Source of the DNA: Bugula neritina
Lineage: Eukaryota > Animalia > Bryozoa
Direction of reading: 5' to 3'
Assembly (NCBI GenBank): GCA_964035545.1
Contig: OZ037771.1
Coordinates: 2,925,628-2,989,627 of the forward strand
Length of the DNA stretch: 64,000 bases
The translations under genes were made by a program, and so were the position numbers. This document shows, in pieces, positions 43,653 through 57,044 of the stretch. The notes beneath the pieces were generated by a model. That model was not told the DNA's origin, did no database searches, and saw nothing but the letters and a program-made list of their open reading frames with translations. Each line of letters opens with the position of its first letter. Within the stretch, counting starts at the first letter, position 1.

Positions 43653-46600
43653 ATGTTCTTCTTCAGGTATGCTGGTAGTTTTATTTCTAATATAATGCGG
43701 GCTGACTGAGAGCTTTATACTTCATCTAACTGTAGTGTTATATTATATGTATATACTGTGTCTTTACTATACAATAGTATTGTTATTATTATAGGTATAT
43801 ATTAATCCTATACGCCACTACAGTTTATGCAAAAGTTCACATTAAACAGCAAAACAATGTTTGGAAAGTAATGCATAAAAAGTTAAAACAAAAACAGAAA
43901 GATCCACCTCCTATTAAAATTCCATATAAGAAGGAATACGGGGACGTCATAATGAACCCCCATAACTTTACATTCATCTCACAGCCAGAACCTTGTGAAG
44001 AAAATGACACTATACTAGTCATAGCACACAGTGCCACTCAGGTAATCATTATGTTTCACTTTTGTTGTATATTTAATTGATGTTTAATGCTGTTCCTCAT
44101 GTAAGTTCATTTCTCAAGTTGAGTTAGGTCTCTTTTGTCTTGCATGTATTTGAAAACCTTAGAGAATAAGTTATTCAGTTAGTAAGTCTTCTAGGGAGAA
44201 GCCAACCAACTGGTACCTACTATAGTGGGTAGCCAATTAACTGGTACCTACTATAGTGAGTAGCCAATTAACTGGTGCCTACTATAGTGAGTAGCCAATT
44301 AACTGGTACCTATTATAGTAGTATCTATAATTTCTTCATAAGTTTGCAAGATGTCTTTTTATGTAACTTTTGCCCTAAACTTGTGCACTGCTACAATTCA
44401 TAAAATTATTTTAAAAAAGTTTAAATATTATCTAATACAATATTATATATTATATACAATTTCTTTCTATATAACACAAGAAATTCTTGTAGAATCATAC
44501 ATATAGTAAGACTCTAACTTTTGTTATGTAGATAACCATATGCTTTCCTATTTAGAACTTTCAACAGAGATCAGCTTTAAGAAATACATGGGCAAACCCT
44601 AGAATATTGGAAAAGTATTTACCAAAAGGACATCAGTCTAAACTGATATTTATTTTGGGTCTTCCAAACAACTCTAGTGAACAGACTCTAATAAATTATG
44701 AACAAGAAATGTACAGAGATTTGGTGCAAGTGAACTTTATGGATACTTACCGCAACAACACATACAAAGCTATTTATAACATGAAGTAAGTACAGTATAA
44801 ATATTATATTTTTCAACATTTATAAATGTTTGAGGAGGGAGTGTCTGCTAATGTCTGTAACACACTGTAAATACTTTAACATGGTGTATATTTTTAAAGA
44901 TGGATCTCAAGCTATAAAGGATGTCCTAAGGCTAAACTGGTTGTGAAAGTAGATGATGATGTCATATTCAACTTACAAGCTTTCTCTTCCTTCTTTAAGA
45001 CTTTTACAGACACACTTGGAGACTCTTTTAAGCTCAGCTCTTATTTTATTGCAGGTAAAAACTTAAACTCCATTTTTATATCAATATAAAAATGTTTTAT
45101 CTTGTAACTACATGTTTGTCAATCTGGCACAGCAAGTTGGGATAATTCAAAGTATATCATTGCTAGCTACCTTTGCATTTGTTATTTGCACATAACGCAT
45201 AATTTGACATTCAACGTAGTTATGCTATAAATTTACTGTGGATGGTTAGGCTTATGACTATATGTATTCAATAAAGAAAATAAATCTTCAAGTTGGAGTT
45301 TTCCTTCCTTTCATTTTTCACGGTACATATATTTTTGTCAGCTTTTTGTCAGCTACTTTCTTTCTCACTTAAGTTGTGCAGCTTCCACTTGAAATAAAAC
45401 AACAACAACAACATCTTAGCTACTGAATGGAGTGCAAAGAAAAAAAAATGCTGGTGCATTTAATTCTTATCAGTAGCTTGATTAATTGTTGTTGCAGGGA
45501 ACATACATCATAATAGACGGATAATTAGAAGTCCAACCTCAAAGTGGTACTTGTCCAGGAAAGAGTATAAATATGACACCTTCCCCATGTGGTTACAAGG
45601 GTTGACGTACTTTCTGTCTCCCAGATTAGCAAAGGAAATATACAATCTGTCTTTTACCACTCCTTATATTTTTATAGGTAAGCTTATAAACTTGAAAATT
45701 ACAAAAAATGCCTTTGAAGTCGTTGAAATAAGTTTATTTGAGGAAACAACAAATGTGTAAGACTACAGCTATTACAAATCATAGAGGTTTACAATGTGAG
45801 TTGTTCTATTAGCCTAGGGCCACACTGTGCGTATTTTCGCATGCGAAAATTAAAATCACGAGTAGCAAAGGTGTCCACTGTAGCGTCAGTGATGCGTGAT
45901 AAATAAAGCTTTCATTTTTAAATCGCACTCGCTTTCAATAAAACGCAATTTACTGGAATATAGCACTAAATAAAGAAATTGGGCTCGCTGAACCACTACC
46001 AGCCAATTAGGTGACGACGACAGAGACGATTCGAACTTGCGTTGAAAATGCAGAGCGACAAGTGCGAACGTTTTCTCAACGCGCACAGTGGACACCTTTG
46101 CTACTTGTGATTTCAATTTTCGCATGCGAAAATACGCACCGTGTGGCCCTAGGCTTATAGTTTCAAAATGAACTAAAACTCTCTGCTAAGCTTTTATTAC
46201 ATTCTATCTGATCTGCAACAAACGCTAATGAGTTCCTATATAATATTATTATATGCACGAGTCAGTATGGTTGATTCGACATAGAAACACTTCGTTTTTA
46301 GCAAACAGATTTTGAGATAATAAATAAAATTCCTCATGGAAACTTTTAAAAATATTATTGTTCATTTATAGTTTAAATTTTACACTCTCACTTTAAAGCT
46401 ATTTAGATTGTTATTGTTCTCAGCTGCTCACACTGATATTAATTTTTGACTCGGGGAAAGTCTCTGATAGCACTCAAATTCTTATTGGCTAAACTTTAGC
46501 CACTGCATCGATGTTCCTTAATGGAACCCAGTTTGATGGCTTAGTGGTTGCAGCACTTTTATTTTATTTCTCTGTTTTACTTCTATTCAGATGATGTGTA

Positions 46601-46808
46601 TGTTGGAATGGTTGCTGACAGAGTTGATGCGATTAGAAAATATCCCTTCAACCAGTTCTACAGTGACCAGTTTTTACAACTAGCAAAGCAGTCACAATAC
46701 TGGAAGAGCAAGCCTTATGTATTTTATCATACTCAATCTATTGAAGATTTCTTTAGACTGTGGTGCTTGTCATGCAATTCCCTCACATGTGCTTGGTGCT
46801 CTAATTAG
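43653..46808 (+). CDS. GT31 Brainiac-like glycosyltransferase, copy G2 (about 347 aa)
   Basis: Exons 43653-43666, 43795-44041, 44556-44785, 44900-45054, 45498-45677 and 46591-46808; frame intact; KVDDD and IDDVYVG motifs. Confidence 0.9.
44195..44320. repeat. 31-bp minisatellite in G2 intron 2 (about 4 copies)
   Basis: Tandem GTAGCCAATTAACTGGTACCTACTATAGTGA units. Confidence 0.9.
45812..46154. mobile_element. PIF/Harbinger-type (Tourist-like) MITE in G2 intron 5
   Basis: About 70-bp TIRs (GCCTAGGGCCACAC.GTGCGTATTTTCGCATGCGAAAATT...), TTA target duplication at 45809-45811 and 46155-46157; absent at the equivalent site in G3/G4. Confidence 0.88.
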
Positions 46809-47039
46809 GCAAAAATCTAGAGCTCAGTCTAGAAACTGTTAACGCTGCTTATAAAGATGAGCAAGACAAAAAATAAATAACCATACCAGCCAAAAACTTT
46901 TATTGTTTGCATTTTGCTGACCAGGATAGCTTAATGAAAAGTTTTATAATTAATATGCATCAAGTTTTTCAAACATTCAAAGTATAGAGTAAAATATTGG
47001 ATTAAGTTTGTATATTTTTTCACGAATTATTTTTTGAAT

Positions 47040-47393
47040 TTGAAGCTGGTCTTCTATCTCAATTGCATTAACTGTAATTATAAGGCATAATTGTTGACTT
47101 TTCCTTCCTTCCTAAGTACAACTGGGTAATAACTCCCAAACGGTATGTAGCCAATTACTGTGCTGCATGGGTCATGTGCAAACCCAGACCCAGCAATGCG
47201 TATGCACATGCCTTCCGATAGTATAGCTCGCAACAAGATGATTGACTCAATAGGAAATACTAAAGGAGCTTCTTGTTGCACCTCAGATGTTACGAAACAG
47301 GACCCTATCACTACTCTTTATAGAAATATACATGGTAATCTCCAGGCCTCTAGGACTAGCATTTATTCTATTCAAGAGTGCACTTGCTCTTAA
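47040..47393 (+). pseudogene. Truncated TGF-beta (T3-derived) pseudogene fragment 1
   Basis: Copy of the 3' part of T3 exon 2, lacking exon 1 and most of the prodomain. An approximately 103-bp deletion removes RVKR and the first three Cys, and there is a 4-bp insertion (GTGCTGCATGGGTC vs GTGCTGGGTC). Confidence 0.9.
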
Positions 47394-47599
47394 ATCACAG
47401 TAAATGAGTGGGTAAGGATGTACTTTTTGGAGGAGGGGGATGTGCTAAAGAATTCTAAATAATGCAAATTAACATTTCTCATGTTATTTTTTGTTCTTGG
47501 ATCAAGTTAAACTTTAGCTTTTCAACTTTGTAAATTTTTAAAAGTTTCAACAGTTCTTTTCCTTGGAAAATGAAATAAAATGACTTCTCAGTTAAAAGC

Positions 47600-49189
47600 C
47601 CCTGACAAAGGTTTTTCAGTAGTTTTACGATACATCTCAGACACCACAAGACTGGAAAACAGCAAACATTGTACCGATCTTCAAGAAAGGAAGTCGTACA
47701 GACCCGCTGAATTACAGGCCAATATCACTCACTTCTATCATATCCAAAATCTTCGAGCATATCGTATCACATAATATCAACTGTTTCCTCGAATCAAATG
47801 ACCTGTTTTACCCACACCAACATGGTTTCAGGACAAATCATGGCTGCGATACTCAGTTGCTGAATACCGTGAGTGAATTTATAGATTTTTTCGACGAAAT
47901 GATACCGGTTGACCTCGCTGTCTTGGATTTTTCAAAGGCCTTTGACGTTGTGTCGCACCATAAATTACAGGCTAAACTGCTAAATATCGGAATAGCTGAT
48001 AAAACTGTCAAATGGATTTTTTCATGGCTTCAGAGTCGTCTTCTTTCAGTCTGTGTCAACAACGTCAAATCGGCCACTAGACATGTGACCTCAGGAGTGC
48101 CCAAGGCAGTGTATTAGGACCATTGTTATTTAATGTGTACATAAATGACATGCACTCTGCGGTAGCCAACAGCAAGCTTAAACTATATGCAGATGATTCC
48201 TTGTTGTACAAACCAATCACAACACCTGCTGATTCTAGTTTATTTCAGAATGACTTAGACCATCTTATAACTTGGGCAGACAGTTCTCAGATGAAGTTCA
48301 ATATAAATAAATGTGAGCATATGACAATTCAACGCTCCACTGTAAATCCTCTAGTGTCTCAATACAGCATGAATAATGACCCCTTACAATGTGTTGACAA
48401 AGTATTATACCTTGGTGTCATATAACAACATATAACAACATATAATAAACATTTGCTCAAAAGCTAATAAATTATTACACATGCTGATGCGCTGTCTAAA
48501 AAAGGCTAAAAGTAAAACCAGAGCCATAGCTTATAAAACAGTCTGTCGCCCTTTACTAGAATTTGTGACCCATACCTGGTCTCCATTTAAATTGAAAAAC
48601 ATCAACATCATAGAAGGTATAAATAGAAAAGCCTTCAGGTGGACATTCTGTAAGAGAAAACGAGATCATATAACTGAGCTCATGACAAATACTAATTGGG
48701 ATAGCCTTGCACAAAGACGTGACAATGCAGACCAAAAAATGTACTTTCGTATGCTTTCTGGTAGTGCCGCTATAGACCAAGACCGGTTCTCCCTTCATTT
48801 TGCAGAGTCTCACAATACCAGACATGGTGCTATTAAGGGCAATATCAATACCAAAACTGCCAAACATTCATATAAACATCCATAAACTTTTCTAATGATT
48901 CTAGCTGCTTTGCCTAACTGATTATAAGCACTTAACACCGACTCTGCTTTATATCATCTGAAGCTGTGCGGTGTATATTTATTTATTTATTTACTTTTTT
49001 TTCTTTTTTTCTCTCTCCTGGCAGTAGCTAGCTATTGAGCTTTGAATCAAAGCATAATTAACTATATTCTTATCTCGTAGACAAAATGGTTTTCTTCCTT
49101 ACTACTGATAATCTAAACAATTGTTCATACACCACTGCATCTCGATAAAGGAGCCAAAGCGCTCCGAGTGAGATTAATTAGATGAGATG
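47600..49189 (+). mobile_element. 5'-truncated CR1/L2-type LINE with disrupted RT
   Basis: PQDWKTANIVPIFKKG..NYRPISLTS, QHGFR, DFSKAFDVV, a frameshifted GVP/QGSVLGP and YADD; (GATGA)n tail. TSD AAAAGC at 47594-47599 and 49190-49195; empty site at about 42037. Confidence 0.95.
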
Positions 49190-50568
49190 AAAAGCAATGT
49201 TTTATAGCTGTGTGTAAATTCAATTAATAAGCTCCCATGATTACATAGAATTAAATAAGTTATCAGTTTTTTCTCTTGAAAAAGACAATTCTAAGTTTAA
49301 TCAGCATTTTAATTTTTTTAGACATGAGCAATCACTTGCTTTCCTCATAATGTGAACAAATATGGTCAATATTAATTCAGTGTCAAATCTCCATGAAGTT
49401 TGTCTCTCTATTCACTGTGTTCAGGTGTCTTGCTAAATATGCAATAAAACTAAAATTTTCAGGTTTTTAATTTGAAAAAAACAATAAACTTATCTAGTTA
49501 AAGCCTATAAATTGTTTTATGAATCGTCAAAGAAATTGCTCATCAACTGCTTTCAAAGCAAAAATTCCTTTTAAGTAATCTAACGCTTCAACTTACAGAA
49601 AAACTATACAGGAAGGAGCATGTTGATAAATTATTAGCTAAATTAATAGTAGCGAGTAAAAAATAAAAATAATTAATAAAAATTTGTTATCAATTTAATT
49701 GCATATTTGTTGTAGGCTATAACTTATTGGTTACATTTCACTTCATTAATTCTACAACCAGAACCTCTGCAGAAAACGTTAGTAACAACACAAAATTGCG
49801 TGTAATATATAAAAGCCGCACAGCTATTTTTTAGAATAATACATTTTGCACCAAAACTTGCAAAGAATTTATACAAATTATATTGGTGGAATTTTAAAGT
49901 TGATACACACTTCTGATTGAGTGAGATTTACATGGGTTATTACAGTGATCATGGCTAACTTTCAACTATAGTGTAAAGAGGTATTGATTTGTAATAGATG
50001 TCCTGCACAAGCTTTATCTAATTATCTTTAAATATTGAAAACAAAAGTGAATCACTTCACATCAAACTGAACAGAGCTGGTTAGGTTAACCATAGCATGA
50101 TTTTTGAAGCATGAGGACATAAAAATTCAATACTACGTAGCCTGTTGATTCTTTATGCTCACTATTGTTCGTATTCATTCGCTATGTGCACAATTGTGCT
50201 AAGTAAATAGATATCATTTGAAACTTTGCATACTTTTTATTCAATAGATGCATGCAAGCACTAGTAGCGTCAGAGAACAGTTTGTTTAGGGTGCAACTAG
50301 CTATGAAGTTACTCTCTGAAATAGTGACATCTTTCTGCGTTCAACATTGCTGGTAACCATCTATTAATGTCTTATATGTTGTAATGTATTGTGAGGGAAG
50401 AAGCTGATAATTATGTCACTTAATAGTAATTCTAGATCTCAGACTGACAACAGATGTGGTTTCTCTGTCTACTCAGTATATTATTTATAATCAACCTGAA
50501 ACTATACCTCACACCTTCAAGGTAACATATTATTGTATTAATATATACTAGAATATAGAGGTGGTGTG

Positions 50569-50783
50569 TGTTGATAGTGTATGTAACATCATTACATCTA
50601 ACAGAAGCCATATCCTACATTCCATTGTAACTATTCAAACTATTTTTTATATTGTGACATATACACACACCTGAGATCATTTTTTATACATATACATTCT
50701 TTCTGGTTAGAGAACAACATGTGAATAAAGACTCTTATAAACAGTTACCAGTTGCAGTCATTAATAAACAACTCACACCAACA
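50569..50783 (+). mobile_element. Solo-LTR-like 215-bp insertion upstream of G3
   Basis: TGTTG...CAACA termini, AATAAA near the 3' end, absent in the paralogous upstream regions (GTGGTGTG|TAAACTC). No clean TSD. Confidence 0.55.
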
Positions 50784-51157
50784 TAAACTGTGTAAATTGT
50801 AAACTCAAAGTTCAAAAGCAGCTACTGGCAGTCACTTTTAGCTGCAGTATACTTGGATATAAATAATTTAAAGCAGACTTAAATCAATAATACAATTAAA
50901 TAAACAAATTAAAATAAGGTAATTTCTATGGTATCAGTATAGGGGTACTATCTATAATATTTGGGTTTTATAATAAACAATTGTAGTTAGTGGTGTGTTG
51001 ACAATAATATCCAAATTATAAAACTCCCATGTTCTTCAGAATTGAATAGACAAATTTCTTTTTAAGATCTATAAGAACAACCCGCCACTTGTAACTGAAT
51101 GTAGCAAGACTGACACACGTTAGTGTAACTGTATGGAAGAGGAAACAGAGTTCCGCT

Positions 51158-54100
51158 ATGTTCTTCTTCAGGTATGCTGGTAGTTTGCTCTCTAATATAA
51201 TACACACTGACTGAGAGCTCTATGTATGAAGTTCAATTTATTTGAGTACTAGTTGTCAAAGTATGCATATACTCCATCTAACTCTAGTATTATATTATAT
51301 TAAAATACTACGTCCATGTACTATACAATAATGTTGCTATTATTATAGGTATATATTGTTCCTATACGCCATAACAATATATGCAGAAGTTCACATTAAA
51401 GAGCAAAAAAATATTCAAAAAGTAATGCTTGGAACATTAAAACAAAAACAAAAAGATCCACCTTCTATTGAAATTCCATATAAGAAGGAATACGGGAACG
51501 TCACAGTGAACCCCCATAACTTTAGATTCATTTCACAGCCAGAACCCTGTGAAGAAAATGACACTATACTAGTCACAGCACACAGTGCCACTCAGGTAAT
51601 CATTTTGTTTCGTTTTTGTTGTTTATTTAATTGTTGTTTAATGCTGTTTCTCATGTAAGTTCATTTCTCAAGTTGAGTTAAGGTCTCTTTTGTCTTGCAT
51701 GTATTTGAAAACCTTAGAGAATAACTGAATAAGTTATTCAGTTGGTTTTCTAGTGGGTAGCCAATTAACTGGTACCTACCATAGTGAGTAGCCAATTAAC
51801 TGGTACCTACTATAGTGAGGAGCCAATTAACTGGTCACTACTATAGTGAGTAGCCAATTAACTGGTACCTACTATAGAGAGTAGCCAATTAACTGGTACC
51901 TACCATAGTGAGTAGCCAATTAACTGGTCACTACTATAGTGTGTAGCCAATTAACTGATACCTACTATAGTGAGTAGCCAATTAACTGGTACCTACCATA
52001 GTGAGTAGCCAATTAACTGGTCACTACTATAGTGTGTAGCCAATTAACTGATACCTACTATAGTGAGTAGCCAATTAACTGGTACCAACTATAGTGGGTA
52101 GCCAATTAACTGGTACCTACCATAGTGAGTAGCCAATTATCTGATTTTCCTTTGTAGAGTGTCTTTTTTTGTAACTTTTGCACTGGACTTGTGCACTGTT
52201 ACAGTTCATAAATGCTATTTTAAATAAGTTTATATATTATTTAATATAATATTATATATTATATGCAATTTCTTTCTATAACACAAGAAATTCTTGTAGA
52301 ATCATACATAGTAAGACTCTAACTTTTGTTATGTAGATAACCATGTGCTGTCCTATTTAGAACTTTCAAAGGAGATCTGCTTTAAGAAATACCTGGGCAA
52401 ACCCTAGAATATTGGAGAAGTATTTACCAAAAGGACATCAGTCTAAACTGATATTTATTTTGGGTCTTCCAAGCAACTCTAGTGAACAGACTCTAATAAA
52501 TTATGAACAAGAAATGTACAGAGATTTGGTGCAAGTAGACTTTATGGATGCTTACCGTAACAACACATACAAAGCTATATACAATATGAAGTAAGTACAG
52601 CATAAATATTATATTTTAAGCATATATAAATGTTTGAGGAGGGAGTATTCGCTAATGTTTATGTCACACACTGTAAATACTTTAACATGATATATTTTAA
52701 AGATGGATCTCAAGCAATAAAGGATGTCCTAAGGCTAAGCTGGTTGTAAAAGTAGATGATGATGTCATATTCAACTTACAAGCTTTCTCTTCCTTCTTTA
52801 AGACTTTTACAGACACACTTGGAGACTCCTTTAAGCTCAGCTCCTATTTTATTGCAGGTAGAAACTTAAACTCCATTTTTTGCATGTGAACATCTATATA
52901 GAAATGTTTTATCTTGTAACTACATGTTTGTCAATCTGGCACAGCAAGTTGGGATAATTCAAAGTATATCATTGCTAGCCACCTTTGCATTTGTTATTTG
53001 TTATTTGCACATAACACATAATTTGACATTCAATGTAGTTATGCTATAAATTTACTGTAGATGGTTAGGCTTACGACTGACTATATGTATGAAAAAAATT
53101 AATCTCCAAGTTGGAGTTTTCCTTCCTTTCATTTTTCTCAGTACATATATTTTTGTCCGCTACTTTCTTTCTCACTTAAGTTGTGCAACTTCCACTTGAA
53201 ATAAAACAACAAATACTTCTGCTCTTCTTAGGAATTTTATTACGTAATCTTAGCTACTGAATGGAGTGCAAAGAAAAAAAATGCTGGTGCATTTAATTCT
53301 TATCAGTAGCTTGATTAATTGTTGTTGCAGGAAACATGCATCATAATAGACGGCTAAATAGAAGTCCAACCTCAAAGTGGTACTTGTCCAGGAAAGAGTA
53401 TAAATATGACACCTTCCCCGTATGGTTACAAGGAATGACGTACTTTCTGTCTCCAAGATTAGCAAAGGAAATATACAATTTGTCTTTTACCACTCCTTAT
53501 ATTTTTATAGGTAAGCTTATAGACTTAAAAAATTACAAAAAATGCCTTTGAAGTCGTTGAAATAAGTTTATTTGAGGAAACGACAAATGTGTAAGACTAC
53601 AGCTATTACAAATTAGAGAGATCTATAATGTGAGTTGTTCTAATGGTTTCAAGATAAACTAAAACTCTATGCTAAGCTTTTATTACATTCTATATCTGAT
53701 CTGCAACAAACGCTAATGAGTTCCTATATAATATTATATGCACTAGTCAGTATGGTTGATTCGATATAGAAACACTTTGATTTTAACGAATAGATTTTGA
53801 GATAATAAATAAAATTCCTCATGAAAACTTTAAAAAATATTATTGTTCATTTATAGTTTAAATTTTACACTCTTACTTTAAAGCTATTTAGATTGTTATT
53901 GTTCTCAGCTGCTCACACTGATATTATAGTTTTTGACTCGGGGGGGGGGGGGGGGGAATGTCTCTTATAGCACTCAAATTCTTATTGGCTAAACTTTAGC
54001 CACTGTATGGATGTCACTTGAACACAGTTTAATATTTTAATGGTTGCAACACTTTTGTTTTATTTCTACGTGCTGAATGAGTGGCTAACCGTTCTATGCT

Positions 54101-54326
54101 TACTTCAGATGATATATATATTGGAATAGTGGCTGACAGAGTTGATGCGGTTAGAAAATATTCCTTCAACCAGTTCTACAGTGACTCTTATTTCCAACTA
54201 GCAAAGCAGTCACAATACTGGAAGAGCAAGCCATATGTATTTTATCATACTCACTCTATTGAAGATTTCTTTAGACTGTGGTGCTTATCATGCAATTCCC
54301 TCACATGGGCCTGGTGCTCTAATTAG
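51158..54326 (+). CDS. GT31 Brainiac-like glycosyltransferase, copy G3
   Basis: Exons 51158-51171, 51349-51595, 52361-52590, 52703-52857, 53331-53510 and 54109-54326; intact. Confidence 0.9.
51751..52139. repeat. 31-bp minisatellite in G3 intron 2 (about 12.5 copies)
   Basis: Contiguous units with minor variants and no spacers. Confidence 0.95.
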
Positions 54327-54557
54327 GTAAAAATCTAGACCTCAGTCTAGAAACTGTTAACACTGCTTATAAAGATGAGCAAGACAAAAAAGAAATAACA
54401 ATACCAGCCAAAAACTTTTATTGTTTGCATTTTGCTGACCAGGATAGCTTAATGAAAAGTTTTATAATTAATATGCATCAAGTTTTTCAAACATTCAAAG
54501 TATAGAGTAAAATATTGGATTAAGTTTGTATATTTTTTCACGAATTATTTTTTGAAT

Positions 54558-54911
54558 TTCAAGCTGGTCTTTTATCTCAACTGCATTAACTGTAATTATA
54601 AGGTATAATTGTTGACTTTTCCTTTCTTCCTAAGTACAACTGGGTAATAACTCCCAGACGGTATGTAGCCAATTACTGTGCTGCATGGGTCATGTTCAAA
54701 CCCAGACCCAGCGATGCGTATGCACATGCCCTCCGATAGTATAGCTCGCAACAAAATGATTGACTCAATAGGAAATACTAACAGAGCTTCTTGTTGCACA
54801 TCAGATGTTACGAAACAGGACCCTATCACTACTCTTTATAGAGATATACATGGTAATCTCCAGGCTTCTAGAACTAGCATTTATTCCATTCAAGAGTGCA
54901 ATTGCTCTTAA
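54558..54911 (+). pseudogene. Truncated TGF-beta (T3-derived) pseudogene fragment 2
   Basis: Same breakpoint, same ~103-bp deletion and same 4-bp insertion as 47040-47393. Confidence 0.9.
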
Positions 54912-57044
54912 ATCACAGTAAATGAGTGAGCAAGGATGTACTTTTTGGAGGAGGGGGATGTGCTAAAGAACTATAAATAATGCAAATTAACATTTCTCAT
55001 GTTATTTTTTGTTCTTGGATCAAGTTAAACTTTAGCTTTTCAACTTTGTAAATTTTTATAAGTTTCAACAGTTCTTTTCGTTGGAAAATGAAATAAAACG
55101 GCTTCTCAGTTAAAAATTAGCAATGTTTTATAGCTGTGTGTGAATTCAATTAATAGGCTCCCATGGTGCCATAGAATTAAATAAGTCGTCAGTTTTTTTT
55201 CCTGAAAAAGACAATTCTAAGTTTAATCAGCATTTTAATCCTGTCAGACATGAGCAATCACTTGCTTTCCTCATAATGTGAACAAACATGGTCAATATTA
55301 ATTCAGTGTCAAATCTCCATGAAGTTTGTCTCTCTATTCACTGTGTTCAGGTGTCTTGCTAAATATGCAATAAAACTAAAATTTTCAAGTTTTTAATTAA
55401 AGATATTAATAAACTTATTTATGTAGTCAAAGCTTGTACATTGTTTTATGAATTGTCAAAGAAATTGCTTATCAACAGCTTTCAAAGCAAAAATTCCTTT
55501 TAAGTAATCTAACGCTTCAACTTACAGAAAAACTATACAGGAAGGAGCATAAATAATTAGCTAAACTAATAGCGGCAAGTAAAAAATAAAAATAGTTAAT
55601 AAAAATGTGTTATCAATTTAATTGCATATTTGTTGTAGGCTATAACTTATTGGTTACTTTTCACTTCATTCATTCTATAACCAGAACCTCTGCAGAAAAC
55701 GTTAGTAACAACACAAAATTGCATGTAATAAAAGTTGCACAGCTATTTTTTAGAAGAATGCATTTTGCACCGCAACTTGCAAAAAATTTATACAAATTAA
55801 AATGGTGGAATTTTAAAGTTGATACACACTTCTGTTTGAGTGAGATTTACATGGGTTATTGCATGCAGTGATCGTGGCTAACTTTCAACCATAGTATGAA
55901 GAGGTATTGATTTGTAATAGATGTCCTGCACAGGCCTTGTCTGTCAGAGTTTTCACACTATATAGCTTTTTATTTCAAGTTAAAGGTTGCATCATTAAGA
56001 ATCAATATGACATGTGAACAATCTGTAAATCTTTTTTTAGGAAGGAATGAAACTGATTATGTATACTTAAACCAAACAAAACATGTTACATGTTTTGTTA
56101 AGCCTGCACCTTATTATCTCATTATTTTTAAATAATGAGAACAAAAGTGAATCACTTCATATCAAACTGAACAGAGCTAGTTAGGTTAACCATAGCATGA
56201 TTTTTAACACATGAGGACATAAAAAACTTCAATAACAGGTAGCCTATTGATTTTTTATGCTCACTATTGTTCGTATTCATTCGCTATGTGCACCATTGTG
56301 CTAAGTGAATAGATATTATCATTTGAAACTTCGCATACTTTTTATTCAATAGATGCATGCAAGCACTAGTTGTGTTGCAGCACCAGTTATCAGGTTTGTA
56401 ACTAGTCATAGTTACAGTGGACATACAATATAGAAGCTATCAAATAGTGACATCTTTCTGCGTTCAACATTGCTGGTAACTATCTATTAATGTATTATAT
56501 TATGTTGTAATGTATTGTGAGGGAAGAAGCTGATAATTATGTCAATTAATAGTAATTCTAGATCTCAGACTGACAACAGATTTGGTTTCTCTGTCTACTC
56601 AGTATATTATTTATAATCAACCTGAAACTATACCTCACACCTTCAAGGTAACATATTATTGTATTAATATATACTAGAATATAGAGGTGGTGTGTAAACT
56701 CACAGTTCAAAAGCAGCTACTTGCAGCCACTTTTAGCTGCAGTATACTTGGATATAAATAATTCAAAGCAGACTTAAATCAATGATACAATTAAATAAAC
56801 AAATTAAAATAAGGTAATTTCTAGGATTTCAGTATGGGGATACTATCTATAATATTTGGGTTTTATAATAAACAATTGTAGTTGGTGGTGTGTTGACAAT
56901 AACATCCAAATTATAAAATTCCCATGTTTTTCAGAATTGAATAGACAAATTTCTTTTTAACCTTTAAGATGCCACTTGTAACTGAATGTAGCAAGACTGA
57001 CACACGTTAGTGTAACTGTATGGAAGAGGAAACAGAGTTACGTC

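Noticed and set aside
47160-47393. Functional mini TGF-beta from ORFs 47160-47393 and 54678-54911
   Set aside because: Non-ATG start created next to a frameshifting insertion, no signal peptide, and several cystine-knot cysteines missing.
51751-52139. CRISPR-like array of ~31-bp partly palindromic repeats
   Set aside because: Units are contiguous with no unique spacers, lie in a spliceosomal intron of an animal gene, and have no cas genes nearby; this is a minisatellite.
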